This document shows, piece after piece, positions 1 to 12,200 of a DNA stretch of 64,000 bases. The notes beneath the pieces are model-generated. The model was not told the DNA's origin and made no database searches. It saw only the letters and a program-made list of their open reading frames with translations. The stretch is from the NCBI GenBank assembly GCA_965655095.1, contig OZ296648.1, positions 54,622,001 through 54,686,000 of the forward strand, read 5' to 3'. Made by a program: the position numbers and the translations under genes. The stretch is from Haplodiscus bocki. Taxonomy: Eukaryota. Every line of letters begins with the position of its first letter. Position 1 is the first letter of the stretch.

Positions 1-1779
1 TCAGGATTCCAAAAGCAAGGATCAAGATCCATCAATTTCCTATTGAATAGTTCTCCTCAATGAGACCGGTGTCGCTGGAGCCTTTAATGGAAGAATTCAA
101 GGTCGTAGTTGAGGAGAAACATGAGTTGGAAAACCTAGATGTAAATATTAACATTTTTCGCAGTTTCGGCCCACGAATCTCATGCAAAGAGCAAACACAG
201 GCATCGAGGGCTCACTGCTAGGTTCGCGGCAAGAGCTTTCCAAAACAAGGAAATCGTGCTATCAACCATTAATTAAAACCTCGGTTGTTCAGGGATTTGA
301 CGCAAATCTAAGAATTTAGGAAAAATTTCAAATACATCAATTTTAATTTTTTTTCGGGAAATCCACCAAGCAAATTTTTCTGATGCACTTAAAACACACG
401 CTGTATTACATTGGAATGCGCTTGCTTTGCATTGTCAGATCAGCCTCAATTTTAGTCCTTAGTTACAGGATATCGGACTATGAAGATTCACAAAATGGAC
501 TAACGATTAAATCCCGATCATGAAGTTTCTTTCATTCAAAAAAATCCAAAAACTTTCTGATCACGACCCAGAAAAAAGAGGGAAAAAATGGAGCCTTCTT
601 GTTACATTATTCAAAAAATTTGGTCGTTTTTTAGACGAAATGCCCCAAGATGATCAAATGTGGCAAAAAAGTTCAAAACGAAAAATTAAATCGATTAACA
701 CAATCTCATTAAAAAAACCCGCAAAAAAATTCTGTTTTCAACCACAAGTTACTAGATAAAAAACTGCAGCCTCCCTGTTATGTCGTTGGAGAATCTGGGC
801 CATCTTCAGGCTATTCTTCAGAAATGCAAAGAATCAGGAAAAACCACTCGAAGTTTCGAAACCGAAACGAAATCTTCTTTCTCATGAGAGGGAGTCTTTG
901 ATTGAAGCTATGAAAAATTCAAATAAGTTGGACACTTAGGTGCCAAGAAAAAAGACTTCAAATTGACAAAGATCTGCGGAACGCCAAGATAGGTCCCATT
1001 TTCAATTTTTTTTTCGCAAAAAATGCTTTGTCTGCCAGCAAGCACAAAAAAATAGAAAAAGAATTTGTGACTTCTTCCTGTGCGATCATAAGCTAGGCTA
1101 TCATCTCGGGCTTGCTCCCAATAGAAACAAAATATAATTTGACCGAAATTGTTTAGAAAAAGCTCGACTTTCGAGATCTGTTCGCAAAAAGAGGTTGATC
1201 GAAGAACTTCGTCATTGCAACTAAAAGTGAGTATCTGAAAGATTTGAGTGTTCCTGTAATGGTTGTTTAAAATTGAAGTAAATGGAGGGACTAAGTGCCA
1301 AAAATTCAAGATTTGAAACTCGCAGAGAAATTCGACGCACAAAATGCTCGCTTTTCATGTTTCTCTCGCTGTAAAACAGTTCAAAATTATGTTGGACAGC
1401 AGTTCAGTATGTAACAAAACGGAATTTATTCGTTAAGCTTGTGCAAGTGTCAGGCAATTCGGAGCCCTCAATGTGGAAAAAAGAGAACTACAAGGTGGCA
1501 GCTAATGTCAGACTGTCCAACATAGCTTGATTTTCACGATTTTTTTTGCGAAAAAAACTTTCGAAAAAATAACGGACCGCAACCAAAAAACACTTCTGAT
1601 TGATTAGAGTCTTGTCGTAACGTTCCAGCAAAAATCATAAAAGTCCGTCGAAAAGATGGAGAAAAATTGAGCTTTGAACAAACAATTTGACCGGAAAGGA
1701 AAAAATTTGCATCTGAATTTTCCAAAGTGGGTGTCTGAAGAGGCTTCGCTTGGCTCTCGTTATGCTCGCCTGAAATAGA

Positions 1780-2400
1780 TGAGTTTGTGAAAAGTTCTTC
1801 TCCAGTAAAAAGCTGTCTACCGAGACACTAGCAGGAGTGAAGCAGGTACTATTGAAGACATGAATTTGAATGTCGATTTATTTATATTTTATGAGCACTT
1901 TTTGGCATTCTCCCACTGTCAGGATACCGACACGACAAAAAAACCGATAATTGTTTTATCATAGTCCTCCACAAGAAGAAAGTTAAGCTAAAGATTGAGA
2001 CCTTGATGGAAGAAGTCAACCCAATAGTTATTGAGAAACATAAATTTCAACATCGAGTTATGTCTAAATTAATAGCACTTTTCGAAGTTTTTACACTACC
2101 AGGACTCCGATGGAGGGAACAAAATCGATTCTTTTTCTATTGGATAGCCTTCCTCGAAAAGAGAGCTCTCAGTTGAGCCCTTGATGCAAAAACTAAAGGT
2201 GGTCGTTTTGAGATATTATGTTTTTGGAAACCGAGATGTGTATTTAATAAAAGCCTTTTCGGCCCGTGAGGATTCAGATGCAAAAAAACATTGAACTTTC
2301 TTTAGGAAAATCGTCCTCAAGTAAGAGGCTGAGACTGATACCCTGATGAAAAAAATGGACCATTCAGTTATGGAGAAAACTGAGTCTCAATTTTCAGCAT
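1780..2400. repeat. Degenerate tandem repeat, ~170-180 bp unit (another unit at 1-175)
   Basis: agga(t/c)..c unit starts at 1921, 2101 and 2269, with recurring ccttgatg(g/c)aa..aa and gagaaac motifs. Confidence 0.65.
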
Positions 2401-2439
2401 TATATATAGGAACATTTTGGGGAATTTTTTTTTGAAAAA

Positions 2440-2770
2440 ATTCCGTACTCTGAGTGAAAAAAAATTCGGACTTGGAGCAAAACGTTTTCGGCAGGGTTAC
2501 CAAAAGTCTAGAGGAACAGTTTAGGGCCAAGTTGAAACAAAAAATTCAAATTTTCCGACAAAGAGCGGGAAATTTTCGGAACCTGAGCAAAAAAGTTTCG
2601 GCAGGGTTGTCGAAACTGCATTCTACGTGTCCAGCGGAAAATTTTGGGGAAAACAATATTTTTGAAAATTTTAAAATTGTTTTCCGAAGTGTGAGCAAAA
2701 AATTTCGGCAGTGTTGTCCAAACACATTCTACGTGTCCAGGGGAACAATTGAGGGCTTCAATTTTTTTTC
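2440..2770. repeat. Tandem repeat, ~110 bp unit
   Basis: gagcaaaa..tttcggcag(g/t)gtt recurs at ~2476, 2586 and 2693; cattctacgtgtccag occurs twice. Confidence 0.75.
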
Positions 2771-3284
2771 CAAACGTAAACATGTTTACTTCGAATTGGC
2801 AAATTACGGAGAAGAAAAAGTCTTCATAATGAGCGAATGATTTTCCTTTCCCAATATATTAGGACGGAAAATAACAAGACGTTCGGCGCTTCTCCCTTCC
2901 AGCGCTTTTAAAAATGAGTATTTTTTTAAAAAAAGCTACTTTTAAAAGAAGCTACCTTTTATGATTCATTCAACGCGAATACTGTCAAACCTAAATTTCA
3001 AAAAACTCAATTTCGGTCATAAGAAGCGTATATAGGGAATTTTACCATTTCATATACATTCTACGGTAATTTGCCTCCTTTTCCTAATTTGGGAAGCTTT
3101 TCGTTCATATTTAAGATATCCCACAATTACTACCTTTTGGTGAAGAAAAATTTTTGGAGTCAGAATCGTGCAATTTCGCGAAATCATGCAATTGGCAAGG
3201 AAACGCAAGAAAATGCACGCAGCGAAAAGAAGATTTTGCTTCCATTTTATAAATATGGCGGAAAAGAAACAAAATAAAACTAAC

Positions 3285-6200
3285 GAGAAGATTCCATAGA
3301 CAGCACACAGCACACCTGAAAAGCCGAGCATTGGATAGTCTAGAGCGGACAAGTATCCGTTCGGCCCCACAAACTCCACTGCATAGGTTCCTTTTGCCTC
3401 AACTGTCTTCGCCAAAGATGCATTCAGAGAAACAATTTCAATGACCAGCATAAATGGACCAGATTTCCTGGTCTTGTATATCATATTATCTGTAACAAAA
3501 AAATCTCACATTAACGTGCAGAATCAGTCTTATCGTTCAGAAAATGTAGATCCCAACTTACTCAAAACACTTTCAAGCTTAGTATTTTTGGGCTCATTTT
3601 GACGCCTCTGGCGCCGCTGAGTGCCCACTGCAGGAGTCTCAGATGCTTTCTTTCCCACATCTTTTGATTTCTCCTTAGCAGAGGGTTGTTCAACACGCTC
3701 CGCCTTTTTATCATTCTCTTTATCGTTAGAACCGGCCTGTTTCGTTACCTCCGTGTTGACGCGCATCCAATTTTGATTGGTTAAATCTGCCAACTCTATC
3801 GGCTCTCCACATTTGAATCTGTAGGAAGACACGTAAGATTCATGGGCAGTGAGGCCTGGAGCTATCACGTCACTGTATTCTTCGTTGCTGAACAATGTCT
3901 GAAACAGCAATTGCAATGTCGAGCAACCTAAAAGACGGCATCGTAGCATTCTAAAACTAATCAAATTCGACTGGGCATCTCAATTATAGCTTTCTACGCA
4001 GTCTTGAGAATAGGATATCATTTAATCCATACTTCTATACTTCTTGTCAGTCACAAAATGCTCTCGTCGATTCAACAAAATTTAGGATATAGAGACGCCA
4101 TTTGAAATTAAAATTTCTGGCTCATGGTTTTTTTTGAAAAAATTTCCTAGAATGAACATGAAGCGGTGTGTGGTGGAATTCCATGCGACAAAATACTAGA
4201 ATACGAGAAAGACTCTGTTAATAAGAAAAGGTAATTGAAACATAGCGAATAGCCGGAAATTGGACTAAATAGTTTATGGAGTCAGAGTTCAACCAATAAT
4301 TCAACCGCTTCATCTGGGACGCTTTTCTACCAGCAGTAAAGCTTCAAAATATCAAATGGAAATCATTACGAGTACAAAACCACCAACTGTCAGTCCCAAA
4401 GTGAAAGGAGGAAGGAAAAATAGCAGTTTCCTGTTAGATGTCGAGATGCAAAGTCACAGCAGCAGCTACCGTAAAACACTCAATCCTATATAAAATGCAG
4501 CTAGCGAACCGTGTCTCGGATTTTTTAAAACTATCAAAATCTTCTGACGTCATTGTCGAAAGAACGAAGCAAGCACGTTAAAATAGCGAGCCAATAGAAA
4601 ACGAGTAAATAAGACTCAGCGATTGTGTTTCGGTTATGGCGTCATGACGATCATGCCGAATGAAGAAAGCAAGTGAGTTCATCAAATCATCCGCTACATT
4701 CACTCACGTGTTTTATTCATTCAGCGTGACAACAGTGACTCCGAAGTCAAGAGAAATTTGAGAGGATCTTTGAAATATATTGAACGGATTGACAATATAT
4801 TCTTATACAGCTGCAACAGTTGCTTCTTTAACTAACACATTGTCACAAATCGAAGGACAGGGCCATGCAACAGTACTTGAGTCGACATGAAAAGCAATCT
4901 CGCCCGCAAAGAAAAAAGTCCCAGTCACACTCAGGCCGTACACTCAAAAATGCGCGGATTTGACAGAAAACAAAAAATAAAACGAAACCATACAGAGCGG
5001 GAAAACTCTCCCTTTTTTCCAAGCCCTTCAACCAGGGCTTCCTAAAAAGTTATTTTGGGAAAAATTATTGCAGATATTTTTTTTTGAGAAATTCAGACAG
5101 GAAAATAATTATTTTCGGGGTTTTTAGGTTCCAATATTTATTATTCGAAAAACGATAACTTCAGCAATTAATGAAGCATTAAGCGGTCTTTACGCATCAT
5201 GCCGCGTGTGCCCTAGATAAAAGGAGACAACCAATAGCGTTCGCTTGCTTTGTTCACACCTTCCAACACATGTGTGTTTGCTTACTTGCAACGCTACCGC
5301 TTTACTGTTTACATGCTATACCCTTACTAAATGGCCTCAAACGTTACTAAAAACGAAACTATTGTTGATTTTCATTATGAAGAAACGGAAACCGGGAAAA
5401 AAATGGGGTCATGACGGCTGAAGAAAAACTCGTGGTAGCTCGATTCCGTACGGAAATCGTTGTTAATTCTGAAAATGGTGCGCCCCTATCCCTTTTTGAC
5501 CGGGCCCTGCTCATGGCAAAAAAACAAAGGAAATAAACTATGAGTATCAACCCATGGAACGGCTGAATCCGACATCGAACGTGGTAGAAAGACTTTTTAG
5601 TGGGGCAAAAATGATGCTATCTGACCATCGAATGTCTATGCTTCCAATGAACTTAGACGAAACCCTGTTTTGTACATAAATGGACGATTTTGGGATATTG
5701 ACGTGATAAGTAAATTTGTCGAGCAATAATAAAAAATTATTGCAATGATTTTTTTTGTGAAACAGAGAGCGGCAATTATTATTTTTTCCCAATAGGCTCT
5801 AGCAATTTTTTTTCAACGAACAATAATATTCAAATACAATATTAGGAAGCCCTGCCTTCAACCTTTAAAGTGTTTATTCTGATGCTATTTCTAAAAAAAG
5901 TTACGAATGATTAAACTAAATGAATGGAAATTTTTTAAACTGATACCTCCTTGGCATCTCCCGTAGTTTCTCCCGCAGCATTCACATGACAGGTAAACCA
6001 AGAGCCATTGCTTCTCATAAACTCGGAGGTTTAAACAGATTGATGGATGGCAATTTTTTTACAGAAAGTACAAACACACCAATAAACAAATAAACAAACT
6101 CCGTTCACCGTACCCGCCTTACTGAGATGGAAAAAAACACCTGATTCCAGTCGCTAGTTAAATTGCATGAAGCGCTGAAAATTTGCCCAGCAAGTAATTT

Positions 6201-9200
6201 GTTCTAACTGATGAATCCGAAAGGTTTTTGATAATAGACTAGCACCGCATAAGCAGGTCTGGTTCGCACTGGGAGGATTCGACAGCCAACGAAACCTATT
6301 TGCCCATTGTACAAACCCTAGTACGACATTTGCAATTAATTGGTCCAGCAATGTTTGACTGGCGGCATAAGTATCCGTGACTTTCCGAAAGTAAACTTTA
6401 CTTCGAAGGGTTACGCAATCAATCAAACTTGTCAGTGCCTTCTTTTTGACGTCACTCATGGTTTCAATGGGTGTCAGCATCTTCCACGTACCCTTGAGCA
6501 TCTATGATTTTCTTCCTTTCTGCATGAATGAAAACAACAAAACAAATGATAGTAAGTAAACCGGTGGTTCAGAAACGTCGAAATTTTAAGGATCTCAATT
6601 TTTTTTGGACACAGCAAGTGGTTGAAAGGGGAACCGTTAAAGCAATCCACAGTGAAATATCAAGCATTCTGCCCGAGTGACTTTTTGCCGTTTGGTATTT
6701 TGTCCGGTAGTTTTGAGCTAAATTCTCCGAAGTATCTGAAACTACAGTGTTTGTAACCTCACTCTTCAAAGAAACTTCCACGTTCAGCATGTGACAAATT
6801 GCGAAATGTGCTCCGGTAATATCTTTGGAGATAGATTCATCTATCAGTTCTGTTAATTGCATTGCCATTCAAATTGCACCATACGAGTAGCACGATATTA
6901 AAATCTTAACGGAGCTGACAGCAAACATTTCACAATTGCACTTACAGAAAGCCTTCTGACATGTCAAATCAAGACAAGAGCTCTTTTGATACATAGCTTC
7001 AAAAATGAAACTGCATTCGTTCAAAGTCATTGAAGAAATGAATTTAGGAAAAAACTCAAACACAGTATAGCACCCAATTACAGGTTGGCAGCTTAAGTTC
7101 CAGGTAGACAGAATTTCCTGCCAATTAGAAGCGAGCTTGAGATACGACTGAATGGTCTCCCCAATGCAGACAAAGCAGTTTCTGCAAAGCTTAAAAATCA
7201 ATAAATGATCGATATGAAATACAAGCATTTCTGGAACACAAGACAAATGGACATATGAGAAAATTGCACAGATTCAGAAACCAAACCTGAAAAGACCGCG
7301 GACGTCAATCTCTGAAGTTGACAACGCCGTTGATAGAGAAGTAACACTGAAACCAGCACACGAGCTCAAATCCTACGCAAAGTTGAACAAATACTTCAAT
7401 AAGTCGGAAGCTGAACAATTCAAATTGAACAGAACAGAAATTTAAGACTGCTAGCAAACGTGACGCTTCAGAATTTTGCCATCGAAGAATGGAAAGCATT
7501 GCAAACTCCCAAAAGGGGGACAGCCAAGCAAGCAGGGCTTCCTAAAAAGTTATTTTGGGAAAAATTATTGCCATATAATTGCAGAAATTATTTTTTTGAG
7601 TAAATCAAGCAGGACAATAATTATTTTCCGGGTTTTTAATTTGCAATATTTATTTTTCGAAAAACAATAAATTCAGCAATTAATGAAGCATTAAGAGGTC
7701 TTCACACATTATGCCGCGTATGCCCTAGATGGAAGGAGACAACCAATAGCGTGCGCTTGCTTTGTTCACACCTTCCAACACATGTGTGTTTGCTTACTTG
7801 CAGCGCTACCGCTTTACTGTTTACATGCTATACCCTTACTAAATGGCCTCGAACGTTACTAAAAACGAAACTATCGTTGATTTTCATCATGAAGAAACGG
7901 AAATGGGGAAAATGGGGTCATGACGGCTGAAGAAAAACTCGTGGTTGCTCGATTCCGTAAGGAAATCGTTCTCACTTCTGAAATCGGTGCACCCCCATCC
8001 CTTGCTGACCGGGTCCTGCCCATGGCATAAAATATAGAGAAAATAAACTATGGATATCAACCCATGGAATGGCTGAATCCGACATCGAACGTGGTAGAAA
8101 GACTTTTTAGTGGGGCAAAAACGGTCCTCTCTGACCATCGAATATCTATGCTTCCAATGAACTTTGGAAAAACCCTGCTTTTGTACATAAATAAACGATT
8201 TCGGGATATTGATGTGATGAGTAAATTTGTCGACCAATAATAAAAAATTATTGCAATTATTTTTTTTGTGAAACAGAGAGCGGCAATTATTATTTTTTCC
8301 CAACAGGCTCTAGCAATTTTTATTTTCAACGAACAATAATAGTGCAATACAATATTAGGAAGCCCTGCAAGCAAGACAATATATGACAAAGGAAATGGCG
8401 TACCTTCTATGCACGCAGTTTGAAGAACGACAAGACCATCAATTGCCAATGTCTACTTAGAGCGCAACTATGATATATTTAGGCTCAACGCAACTTGGCT
8501 GACAAAAGACGTTACGAACAAAGCTTTCCTTCTAAACGAATACATCTGGTCTAGAAAGGTATACGGAAACAGATACAAGCAGGCATACTGTAAAATCACA
8601 CCGTGAAATTAACAAAGTTCAGCGTGAAAACCAAAAAGCAAAAAAAAGGTTTATTTCACTGATTCTCCGCCTTTGTTTCAATATCAGACAATCAGACACC
8701 TAGTTTGATGAATTTGAACAAAAAATGCAACTTTTTGAGGCAGGAGGTGCCAACCAAGCTCCCGGAAAGTGTCATGTTGGTAAAACTTGCCAGTTCAGAT
8801 TTTTATCTTGACTAAAAATTTTTCCTGGGACAGAAAATCGGTAACTGATTTTCATCAATTTTATCTGAAAAGTCAACATTTTGCGAAAACTCGCGTGAAA
8901 TCAGCCTCAATTTTCATGAAGTTTAGCGTGGAATTTGACAAAATTCAGCGTGATACCGGAACACAGCAGAGTGTTAATTGCAGAGAAGAAACTACTGCAG
9001 CAACAATGAGTACACTAAATTATTTTCCGCCTCCATATTTTGTATGGTGAGCAAAACTATTGAATGACTAGAGTCGTTTCTTTTCAGACAAATTTTGCCA
9101 ATTTAGAAATCATTGTAGCTTCTAATGATCTGTTAGATGCCCTCTGCGTTTCTTGACTTTGGAGCTGTATATTTGAGAGCGTATTGGTTGGAACGCTATG

Positions 9201-12200
9201 TCGCGTTCGACATACAGCAGAAAGAAAAAGAATAAGAAAAGCTTTGAAAAACTAAACTTAATAATATAATATTTTGGGTCCGCCATTTTGACTGCCGATG
9301 CGCAAGTTCGAACATGTCCGCGATTTGTTTACATCCACTTCAAAACTAACGCCGCCATGAAACTTTCACCTACCTTACATGGACATCGGCGTCACCCAAC
9401 AAAACAATAGACTCAACTCCCGAGATAATAACGTCATCTGACGTCATGTGTGTATTAATATTATCAATACTGACGACTCCCAAGTCACGTGACTGACGTC
9501 ATTTTCGGAGCCAATCCTGTGCTATCTTCATTCTGATTCGCTCCCGAGAGCACAAAATTTAGTATATATAGCGGACGAAAGTTGCCCCTTCAGGGAGGCG
9601 CGTTTCCAGCTCAGATCAGATGTACAATGATCTGTGAAGTCACCCCACCCATTTTCCAACAACAGCAGATCGAATCTAGTGCAGTACTCTTGGAGCGGTA
9701 TCGTTAGTTAAATATTGTTTTCACTTTTGCTTTTGTTTCCAACTTTTTCTTTGGGTGATAATTTCTTTATAATCTAACTTTAACTTTTCTTCTGACGCAA
9801 ACTAAACAACCAAGTAACCAAGTTTAACTTTTAATTCAAAAAAACAGTAAAATAACTAAGTTTAACTTAAACTTTACTAATTTAACTTAGACTTTATTTA
9901 ACTTAAACTTTTAACTGTAACTTATCTTAAAACTAAAATTCTAAAAACAACTTTAACTTTCAATTAATATCTAAAATACAACTCTCAGTTCTACCCATTG
10001 AAGTCAGCTACTCAAATCCTCTGTGAGGTGTTCTCGTCAAGAACGGACTTATTCAGCCTTGGTCAAGTACCGGCTTGATATTTGGAAAATACTCAAATCC
10101 TTTTTGAGAGAGTCTCGTCAAGTACGGACTTGTTCAGCCTTGGTCAAGTAACGGTTGATAAAATATTTACTATGCTTAAAACTGATAACTTTACGTTAGC
10201 TGTATTTAACTTTAACTTTAATTAATATCTAAAACACAACTCTCAGTTCTACTCATTGAAGTCAACTACTCAAATCCTCTGTGGGTTGGTCTCGTCAAGA
10301 ACGGACTAATTTAGCCTTGGTCAAGAACCGGCTTGATATTTGGAAAATAACTAAATACTCTTCTCATCTGAGAGAGTCAATCAGTCCTCAACTGAGGTAA
10401 AGTCCCAGCCTGTGGCGGATATATAAAATACTTACTGTCTTTAAATTTAGGAATCTAATTTTCTAACTTTAAACGTTTTCATAAGATTGACTGATGATCA
10501 TTTTAGATGTCCTTGTGTTCATAATATTTATAATACTTTTCCGCCTTTGTACCTTACCTCTACGATTATACCTTAATTTATTTCATTTGTTTTGATATCT
10601 TAAAACTATTAACCTTTCTGATATTTTGTATTCTTGATTTTATAGAAAATTGTAAGTCACCAGTTGATATTATTTCTGAAACTAATTTATTTGTTTATAA
10701 TAACAAGGTTTCTTCACAAAATTCACCAGATAGAAAAAGTCCTTTCTTTCGAACTCCCGCCTGAGACGACCTTTGCTGAAGTGCAGGAAGGCAACAGTCG
10801 CAAAATTGAATTAGGAGACTTGTCCTGAGTTTCGGGATAGTTTTCTAGCGTGGAAGAGAGTGGCTTTTGCGACTCTCCACTGCTATTCCATAAAGACCAA
10901 CACTCCACATCAACTTTTCCACTTCACAGCTATTTTATGGAAACCTGTATGGCAAGGTTGCCATTGACCATGTCCCAAATTTTTCACGTCCAAAAAATGT
11001 TCGCCGAGAAAGTATTAGCGGAAAGAAACAGAAAATGCAGAAAATTTTTGGGTCAAATCTTCGAATTAGACTAGCAACAAAACTTTGCGCATACGAAGGG
11101 CTCATCTTTTAGTGGGATCGATGCAAAATCAACCTTTCTCGACGCTCCACTGGTTTGATAAATTTTCAGAATTCTCTCGGTGGAGTTTCAGCGGAAAAGT
11201 TCGCGAAATACAAAATCTTTTCAGCAAGGTCAGCACATGAAAGAAATGCAAGTAGCTCGGTCGGTTCGAATTACCCGTTGATTAATTGTCAGTAGTCAAG
11301 TAGACCTTATGGAGTGTCAGATTATTCGCTGTTTTCTGGCGGTGTTCTGGAGTAAGATTTTGCAAGAAAGTAAAACTCATGACTTTCGACAACATCACCA
11401 TCTGCACGGCGTGCAAGTACCCTAGTCGGTCTCCATCATTCGCTGATTAACTGTCAAATAGCCATTGATCTTATGGTGCGTCAGAAGGTTTTCCGCAGCC
11501 TCCTTTCGGCGGTGTCCAGCAGTAAAATTTTGCAAAAAGTAAAAATTATCATGTTTTCCGACAATGTCACCACCTACAAGGCGTGCAGATACCTTGGCTA
11601 CTTCGAATTATTCAACGATTAACTGTCAGTCAGCTACAGCGTATGAGACGTCAGAAGATTCGTTTTCTCATGGCGGTAATTCAGCGGAAAATTCTGCGAA
11701 GATGCGGAAAACTTCATGTTCTTCGATCGTTTCACCACCGTGAAGGCCTGGAAATCGCGTGATTGGATTTTTGAACAAATCGGCCGATTAGCACCGATAT
11801 ATTTTTTGCAGGGACACAAATATTTTGATCAACATTTGCCCACAGTTAAAAACGAGACTATTGTTTAGAATCTAGTTTGCGAAAGTTTTCTACAAACATG
11901 AATTGCACCACTGATTTTTTATATTCTATGCAAAAGAGGGGGGGGGGGGTATCACGACATTTCGTTCAAAACTTTTTGTCTCACACTACCGAAAAATTTC
12001 GTTGGGGAACACTTCGGTGTATCAGAAAATTTCGGGTAGCGAAAAATTTTATGCATAAGAAGGGGATATCACTAAACTCCGTTGAAATATCTTTGTCTCA
12101 CAGTCCCGATAAAATTCGTACGAGAACCCTTCTGTGTTTCGAAAGAATTCTGGTATCGAAAGGTTTCAAGCAAAGAAGGGGGAAGCTTCACGGTTTTGTC

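Noticed and set aside
3050-3284. ORF extension of TMEM87 exon 4
   Set aside because: It loses similarity after TM1 and follows a gttagt donor, so it is intronic read-through.
5033-8367. A single composite transposon carrying 5855-7532
   Set aside because: Each element has its own distinct 8-bp TSD.
10009-10350. CRISPR-like array or hammerhead ribozymes
   Set aside because: The units are whole-sequence repeats without unique spacers, the context is eukaryotic, and the CUGANGA/GAAA core is absent.
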